Shown: positions 55,877-64,000 of the stretch, piece by piece
Numbering within the stretch: the first letter of the stretch is position 1
Layout: every line of letters begins with the position of its first letter
Assembly: GCA_016748015.1 (NCBI GenBank)
Contig: JAAOMT010000777.1
Coordinates: 4,347-68,346 of the forward strand
Direction of reading: 5' to 3'
Length of the DNA stretch: 64,000 nucleotides
From: Geosiphon pyriformis uo1
Lineage: Eukaryota > Fungi > Glomeromycota
Program-made: the position numbers and the translations under genes
Notes under the pieces: model-generated
Databases searched by the model: none
Told to the model about the DNA's origin: nothing
What the model saw: only the letters and a program-made list of their open reading frames with translations

Positions 55877-57259
55877 ATGAACATACAAAAATATTAACAA
55901 CTGCAACATTATATAAACACTCAACAGTTTAAGGAGAATTTATTTCAAACAGAACAAAAGAGTATCAAACAACAATCAAAATATTTTATCACTCACCAAA
56001 ATATACTTTATCAAAAAAATAGAAGGGATCTAGATCAACCAACCAGAGTAATTATGGAGCCAGAAAAAGAGACAATATTATTCAACATGCACTCAAATCC
56101 AACAGCAGGACATTTTTACAAAGAAGCAATCATAGAAAGAACTAGAAAACGATACTATTGGCCATCAATATACCCAGACATTATTCAATATGTTCAAAAT
56201 TGTGATGCCTGTCAGTGAAAAGAAGGAACAAAACTCAGTGAACTATTAAGACCAATCAAAGTGGGACAACCATTTAATCATATGGGAATTGATTTAGTCA
56301 GACCATTAACAATCACCAGCAGAGGAAACAGATACATAGCAGTAGCTATGAATTATCTCACTAAATGGCCAGAGGTGAAAGCAATTTAAAGAGCAGATGC
56401 AGAATCCGTTGCCAAATTCATTTATCAGGATTTGATTTGTCGACATAGATGTCCAAAAGAATTATTATCAGACCAAGGAACTCATTTTGTGAACAGAACA
56501 TTAACAGAATTGAGCCAAAGATTCGGAATCAAGAGACCATTATCATCATCATACTATCCACAAACCAATAGATTAGTAGAAAGATTCAACAGAACATTGT
56601 GTAAAGCAATAGCCAAGCTCAGCCAAAAAAACCAGAATGATTAGAATTTGTTCATACCATCAGTACTATTTGCTTATTGGACAACAAAGCAGGATACTAC
56701 ACAAGCAACACCATTTGAATTAGTATATGGGAGAATAGCAACGTTACCAGTAGAAAGAAAAATTAATACATATCCAGCGGAACCAATAACAGAAGAAAAT
56801 TTTCAAGAAACATTGCTGAGAAGAACATATGACTTAATGGAAACATTGGAAAACAAACAAAGAAGAGCAGCTGATAATATCCAAAAGTCACAAGAAACAC
56901 AGAAAGAAAGACATGATAGTCAACTACCAGACAAACCAGTTGAATTCAAGATCGGAAACAAAGTATTACTGTATTGTACCAAAGCGGAAAAACAATGGAG
57001 TGAAAAATTTGACCCCAAATGGGACAGACCATTTCACATAGAATAAATTCTAGGAAATAGAGCTTACAAATTAAGATTGGATAACAAAATTTTAACCAAA
57101 GCAGCACATGGAGATCGACTGAAACCATATCACAACATCATGCTACTATCTACCAGTAACATTCCATAATTAGGAGTACAGAGAATACTAGTTCAACCAG
57201 ATGAGATTCCACAAGATCTGGAACCAATCATTATTATCGATAACAACACGTTAAATTGA
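55877..57259 (+). pseudogene. A integrase, stand-alone ORF (~460 codons)
   Basis: Own ATG in a different frame from pol. HHCC (MHSNPTAGHF..CDAC), GIDL, SDQGTHF, QTN(G>R)LVERFN and a GPF-like KWDRPF. No chromodomain. Confidence 0.9.
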
Positions 57260-57283
57260 TCCATCAAAAGAATATATAAAGAC

Positions 57284-57943
57284 ATGGTAGACGTGACAGG
57301 AAATATCAGAAAAATGAAAATTACAGACAACATTTATTCACTAGCACAACAACTCTTTCAATTAATCCAACACCAGAAAATGGAGATTACAATCAATCAA
57401 CAAACCATTCGATATCAAGATACTAGAAAGACATTGCAACTCAGAACACAGAAGAAAACTGAAAATACTGTGGACAAAATCATGGCAAAAGTAAAATTAG
57501 CAATAAAAGAATTGACAAAAGAGTCACTATATTAAGAATTGACTAAAGAAACTTGGAATTGGTAGATACAACAATTTCCACGAAACTATTGTTATTTTTA
57601 TTTGGGACAACATGTAAATATTCAGAATCTGTATATGGATAAAACAAAGCGATTATTCAACAAAAGATTACTACAACAATTAGAACATTTTGTGAGAAAG
57701 AACAACTTATCCACACAAGCCCAAGCCATATACTGAATACACACAGCATTTCAAGATAAACCAGAAATATTGCTCAATAGAGCAATGGATATGGTTACCA
57801 GTAATCAATTGGGAAAAATCACCAATGCTCAATTTGAAGAATTACAGACCCAAATAACACAAATAATTCTCAAAAATGAAATCCAGGAAATACTTCAAGA
57901 GGGGGAATTACATGAGTTAGATTTTGACGGAGCTCAATATTAA
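57284..57943 (+). pseudogene. A ORF3 (~210-219 aa, unknown function)
   Basis: One frame with three transition-type stops, ending LDFDGAQY* at the PPT. Homologues in C, E and F. Confidence 0.8.
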
Positions 57944-57956
57944 AAGGAGAAAATAA
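57942..57956 (+). promoter_or_regulatory. Polypurine tract of A
   Basis: AAAAGGAGAAAATAA immediately before the 3' LTR. Confidence 0.85.
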
Positions 57957-58827
57957 TATTATTCATAGAAATATAGAAAATATATTAGCATAATTATTAG
58001 CCAATCAGAAGTAAGCATAGTAAATGTGGAATTCCAGGATTCCTTTTAGAAATTGCAGAATTTCAGGAATTTCAAAATTCTCAATGAGGAATTGCAGGAT
58101 TCCAGAATTTCAGGATTCCTCTCAAAGAAATTGCAGGATTCCAGGAATTCCAGAATTCCTGTTGTGAAGAATCAAGAAATTGAGGAATCTCAATTATATA
58201 TATATAGCAGTAGTATTAAAAACAGAAAAAACAGAATCAATACCACAGAATCCTTAGCCTAGAAATGCCATCATCAAATAAAAATAATTATTTTATATTT
58301 CAAATTCACTCTCCACTATTAACACTTTATGTTGATAGTAATTGATACTTAACCACGCTGGAACAATAGCTCTTGATCATGGCTATTGATGGAATACTAA
58401 TCTGCAAATTGCCTTGGCTTATTTCTTTTGCTTTTTTTATTTTTTTTATTTTATTTTGATTTGTTGTTGTGTACTAATTGATAAAAAATTAAGCACTGAG
58501 TTATTGACATCAAGAATAGCCTGGTAAAAAACCCAGAAATAAGGGTAGAATTTATATATTATCAGATAGCTTACCAGAAAGACACGACTGCCAGACTAAA
58601 TCTGGCCACCATGCTGAGAAAGAAATTGGGAAAACTCTTGGAAAGATACATCTACCATTGACACTATTGAATCTCTGTTCATTATACAAAGGACTCAACC
58701 AAAACCTTCAGATCCATAAAAACCTTCAGATACAACACTTGCAGAACATCACCAACGGAAGTAGCTGTTAAGCACCAAGTTACAGGTTTGTTATTCAATT
58801 CAACAGCAGAAATAATCACCTGTAACA
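57957..58827 (+). repeat. 3' LTR of A (871 bp)
   Basis: Preceded by the PPT. Differs from the 5' LTR by transitions (U3 aligned in detail) and a 14-bp indel in the T-rich tract. Confidence 0.95.
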
Positions 58828-60370
58828 CTGCCAATTCATGGTATCAGAGCTTAATCAATAAACCACAAGACTTCAATGCCTTCAAAGTGGAATTTTTAAG
58901 ATACTTCAGCAACAATAGGAGAAACTAAAACAGTCACTACTTACCTGAAACACTTCCATAGAAATCTGCACTAGATTCAGGTAATTGATGCCAACTATTT
59001 TACAGCGCCACAGATTCTTAACCAGTTTATCCGTGGCCTGTGCAGCAACATCTTACAATATGTATGCCCATTGCATTCAGGCACCCTTCAAGATGCAGTT
59101 ACACGCACCAAAGATTTTGAATCAGCTAAGTCCGAAGCCAATCATGCCCAAGCTGTTAATCTAGTAATAAACAGATAATCTGAATTGGACTCCAAATTGA
59201 AACAATTCAGGGATTCAATTAATCAGAAATTAGAAAAATACTTAGCTGACAATTGCACAATTTATTAACCACCTTAACGACACAGCAATTCAGGAAACTA
59301 CAATTGTTCCCAAAATCAAGCACATCCCTCAACATTAGCCAATCAGCAGTGACAGCCAGAGATGCATGTCTGCCACAACTGTAGTAAACAAGAGCACATC
59401 AGAGCAAACTGCAATGCTTATAACTACCAGTGATCAGGAAATCAATATAGAAACCCCGATTGCCAATTTCAAACTCTGAGATATCAACAAAATCAGGAAC
59501 AATATCAAAACATTTACCTGCCAATAACGTAGCAGCCAATTTACCAAGCACCAGTATATTAGACTCCAGTTTATCAACTGCAACCACCAGCAATATATCA
59601 ACTGCAGCCACAAGTAATTTATCAACTCCAATCAATTCAGACACCACCTCAAAATTCAGTTAATATAACATCAAGCCACCCCAGACCTAGAATCACACAA
59701 AACTGGAAATTGGTGATGGTTGTTTACCAACTAATCCCCAGTTCTTCTAACTTACCATCAGAATCACATTTTCAGAATTCAGGTACCAGAGCCACCCAAA
59801 ACTCGAATTCTCAGAACTATTTAAGTCTCCTGGTTACCCCAGAAGATATCACTACCAACAATTCAGGATCCAACCAACAACAAGCACTTATCAACAACAT
59901 TCCACCAGCAACTGTCACCAATGACGAATTACTCGCAGCCATTTTTCCCTTTGACTTGAAAGAAACAATTGAAATTCTGTTATTTAGTGGAGCAGCTTTG
60001 GAAGAGAAACCAATTACTGCCATGTATACAGATGCCAAAATTGATGGCCATACCATCAAACTAATTTTGGATAGTGGATCAGCTAGCAGTATCATAACAA
60101 GACAACTCATGGATCAATTAGGTCACTGAGTTGACCGAGCTGCCAGTACAAGGATCATTATAGCTGATAGAGTGACCAAAACTCCAATAGGTGAAATAGA
60201 TAACCTACCTATTAAAATTAATGGCATCATGATACTCATCAAAGTCTTTGTGATAGAAGCCACTCAGTACCAAGCTCTTGTTGGAAATGATTGGCTATCC
60301 AAAACAAATGCCGTACTCGATTGGACGATGCAAGAGCTCCAACTGAGCCAAAATAGTTAACATACTCAAG

Positions 60371-61212
60371 CACCAGTAGTATGTGGCCACTTTAAACCAA
60401 CCAACTCACAACCATTAATCAAACTTGAGGAGGAAACAAAGAAACCAATATGGAAAGCATATCAGGTTTTGTGGGCTGATGTTAACTATAATGAACTGCC
60501 GCCCATACTCACCTGGGACAAAGACAATCATGGAAAAGGAAAGCAGAAAGAAGAACATATCTGAGAAACCACCATTGGCACTTGGATTGATGACAACCAA
60601 AATGAGTTGCCATCTACACTAAGTTGGAAAGAAAAAGGAAAGGGAAAGGAAAGAGAAGACAACCTACCAGAGGAAACTAAATCAACAAAAGACACCACCA
60701 GTGGCTGGACAAGTTTGTACTCCATCCATGAGCCACTACCAGAACCACCACACATACTGCTCAAATGCAAAAATTGTGAGAAGAAACTCTCCACCAGCAG
60801 TATGTGGCCACTTTAAACCAACTAACTCGCAACCACTAATCAAACTTGAGGAGGAAACAAAGAAACCAATATAGAAAGCATATTAGGTTTCATGAGCTGA
60901 TGTCAACTATAATAAACTACTGCCCATACTTGCCTGGGACAAAGACAACCATGGAAAAGGAAAGCAGAAAGAAGAACATACCTGGGAAACCATTATTGGC
61001 ACTTGAATTGATGACAACCAAAATGAGTTGCCACTTACACTAAGTTGGAAAGAAAAAGGAAAGAGAAAGGAAAGAGAAGACAACCTACCAGAGGAAACTA
61101 AATCAACAAAAGACACCACCAGTGGCTGGACAAGTTTGTACTCCGTCCATGAGCCACTACCAGAACCACCACACATACCATTCAAATGCAAAGATTGTGG
61201 GAAGAAACTCTC
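60371..61212 (+). repeat. 421-bp tandem duplication inside B (PR to Cys-rich linker)
   Basis: 60371-60791 and 60792-61212 align without gaps. The length is not a multiple of 3, so it frameshifts B. Confidence 0.95.
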
Positions 61213-64000
61213 TTCCATGGGAGCTTGAATCACACCAGACAAAAATCACTGGATGTGAACCCACTATTATTGCAAGCCTTGCCACTGCAAATGGTATGGC
61301 TACCTAAAAAGACAAGACAAGTAAGACAACAAACCATGTCTCGCTTGCGATGAACAGTTGCTTAACGAAGCAATGTGGAATGTGTGACACTTTGTACCAG
61401 TACACAATTCTCATCAGTGACTGGGTGAGTTGTGGTACACTAATAACTGCCACTTGGCACCAAGCAATCTCTCGCCTGGATGGATATTTACATGACAAAG
61501 ACAAGATCTAGTGGATGGTGAACACCAAAGTAGAAGGCACCATGCCCAGCGAAATTTTGGAAATCAAGAACAATTCTCCAGAACCAGTCAACATTATCCT
61601 AGTCCCCAACCCAGATGCTTTCTTCGACATTGAGACCAACTCAGAAGACTTCCACAAACATTATCAAAATTTAGCACTGACCAGAAAGGAACAGGAAGAG
61701 TGGTTAGCACAGCTAAACACTCAATTATGTGATTACTGTTTGATCCCATATAACTTTCAATATTGTAATGAGTGTGACCTCATTTACAATCTACCAATCC
61801 ATATAATCTACACGATTCCAGAGAAAGAGGAACCAATTAGCAGCTGTATATAGGAATCAGAAACACCATTCGATTCCGATTCAAACTCCAACAACGATGA
61901 TGACAAAAACACTAGTTCCAGTTCCATTCAAAATAGCGATAACAATGACAATGATTCAAACTCAGATTCAAACTCCGATTTAAAATATGAACAATATATC
62001 GCAATCTCTGATCTGATCAGAGAATTGGAACTAAAATGGTTCAGCGATAATAATGAAGGTATTATGTCAGAATGTGTGCATAATACTGATGCCGGATTTG
62101 ATCTGAGGTATCCAGGAAAAAATGCCATCAAATTGGAACCACATTTATGCATCTGCATTGATTTAAAAATAGCACTGAAAATTTCAGCAACAACAATGGT
62201 TCAATTAGCATCTAGGAATAGTTTAGTGAAAAGAGAAATTAATATAAAAGAAGGAATAATTGACATGGGATATGTAGGAAATATTATCACTATGCTACAA
62301 AATGACTCAGAAAAGGCCTATATAATAGAGCCCAATGAAAAAATAGTACAGACAATATTCCTGCCTCTGATTAGAGTAGCTCAGTTAGTATTAGTGGGAA
62401 AGAAGGAGGAATTAGGAATAACAGCAAGAGGAATACAGGAATTCGGATTGACAAGTAGAGTAAATGTACCAGTCAATATGGCAGAAAAAAAAATTGTTGA
62501 CCAAGAAAAAATTATCTCAATGGGTCAAGCAATTTTTATTCCATCATATGGCCAGTACATGATAGAGATAAAGCAGGAAATAAAAAAACAGAATCAGATT
62601 TTTGAAGCAGAACTAACCTTTTGTGAATCAGAAGAGATTGGACTCATCAATCTTTATATACCAGTCAAAAATTACAGCCACATCAAAATTCCCATCTACA
62701 ATAATACAGGAAATGTCATAGTAATACCAACTGGAACCACCATTGGATACTTAAGCACTGAAATAGAGGATCAACTACCAAGCACCATTTTGAACTTTCC
62801 ACAGCTTTGTAGATATGTTGATATCACATCACAAATAATATATAAACAAAGCAAATGTTATTTGCTCCAACCAGAACAATTGGAACAAATAAACATGGGA
62901 TACTTAAATCCACTCTAATATATGCAACTTAAGATGTTGCTTAACAATTTCAATGACATCTTTGCCAGTGAAAACAAGTTTGGCCAAACTGACATCATCT
63001 AACATCAGATCAAGACTGAAGATGCAATGCCAATTAAACAAAGAGCATACAGAGTACTACTAGCTAGCCACAAGATTATTTGTCAAGAGATAAACCAAAT
63101 GCTTGAAAATGGGCTAATTCAGCCATCAATGAGCCCATGGTCATCACCAGTAGTACTCGTCTGGAAAAAGAATGAGAAAATCCACTTTTGTGTGGATTAT
63201 AGAAAACTCAATGGAGTAACTTGTGAAAATAGCTATCCCACTCCACGGATCCAAGAATTATTCAATGTTTTCAGTGGAAACAAATGGTTTTCAACATTAG
63301 ACCTGGACAGTAGTTACTAGCAAGTAGCCATGAATCCAGCTGACAAAGAAAAGACAGCATTCACCACCAGAGAAAAAAATTTTGAATTTGAAGTAATGCC
63401 ATTTGGCTTAACCAATACACCAGTCACTTTCCAATGGCTAATGAAAATCATTTATATTGGCTTGTTGTGGAAATCAGTAGTTGTATACTTGGATGACACC
63501 AATGTATTTTCAAAAACATTTGATGATCATCTTCATCATCTTCAACAAGTGTTTGAAAGATTAAGAAGAGCAGAACTAAAGTTAAATGCAACAAAGTGCT
63601 TTTTTAGCAAAACAGAACTAAAATTCTTGGGACACATAGTCAGCAAAAATGGCATCAAAACGGATCCAAAGAAAATAGAGATAGTAAAGAACTTTCCAGT
63701 ACTGACCAATATGACAAAACTGAAATTATTCTTGGGATTTGCCAGCTACTATCAACATTTTATCAAGAACTTTTCCAAGATAGTGCAGCCACTCAACCAA
63801 CTGCAAACCAAGAATACAAAATATGAATGGACAGGAAGTCAACAAAAAGCTTTTGATATTCTAAAAAGAAAGCTTATTTAAGCTCCAGTACTGATCTATC
63901 CAGATTACAGCAAACCATTCATTATTACTACCAATGCATCTAGCCAAGCATTGGGAGTGGTACTATCTTAGAGAGGTCCAGACAGCAGAAAACATCCAGT

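Larger units (their letters stand above)
48659..58827 (+). mobile_element. Element A: complete family-1 Ty3/gypsy LTR retrotransposon with dUTPase, separate integrase and ORF3
   Basis: LTRs at 48659-49543 and 57957-58827, PBS 49546-49561, PPT 57942-57956. TSD CCAC/CTGC (ancestral CCGC) lies inside the gag of B. Confidence 0.96.
46533..64000 (+). mobile_element. Element B: family-1 Ty3/gypsy element (46533-48658 and 58828->64000), host of A; runs off the window
   Basis: 5' LTR TGTTACTC..TGTAACA at 46533-47465 and PBS. Gag resumes at 58828. LDSGS protease near 60070, dUTPase at 62025-62460 (AGFDL), RT YLDD at 63485-63496. Confidence 0.93.

Noticed and set aside
57284-57943. ORF3 as a retroviral envelope gene
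   Set aside because: Too short, with no signal peptide, transmembrane segment or furin-site/fusion-peptide pattern.
49606-57943. Alternative genetic code or programmed readthrough to explain the in-frame stops
   Set aside because: Stops mostly differ between A and B, use all three codons and map to W, Q or R codons by one transition, so they are mutations.
48659-58827. APOBEC-style hypermutation during reverse transcription
   Set aside because: Both C>T and G>A occur on the same strand, the two LTRs and the TSDs differ, and DNA transposons and host genes are hit too. The changes are therefore post-integration.

Overview
AT-rich eukaryotic (fungal) transposon graveyard. The BTB, Crinkler-type NTPase and retroelement families point to Glomeromycotina, probably Geosiphon-like; this is recognition from memory, not a database result. 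No intact host gene was found. 1-16 kb holds decayed pseudogenes: BTB/POZ, a MULE transposase, an IS630/Tc1-like DDE transposase, a Crinkler-type NTPase+REase and a Sola-like transposase. 16-64 kb is a nest inside a second DDE transposase. That transposase is split by LTR elements E, G and F. Further in, H is interrupted by a full-length RNase H-bearing LINE and by D, D by C, C by B, and B by the youngest complete element A (48659-58827). Two diverged Ty3/gypsy families share an unusual layout: GUG-initiated Gag-PR-Cys-rich-dUTPase-RT-RNaseH in one frame, then a stop, an integrase with its own ATG, and a conserved non-env ORF3 behind a TATA box. Termini are TGTTA...TAACA and target duplications are 4 bp. 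The repeat pairs aligned by hand differ almost only by C>T/G>A, mostly outside CpG, and erosion increases with nesting age. This suggests a RIP-like cytosine hypermutation process in a lineage where RIP is not established. Alignments and counts were done by eye.
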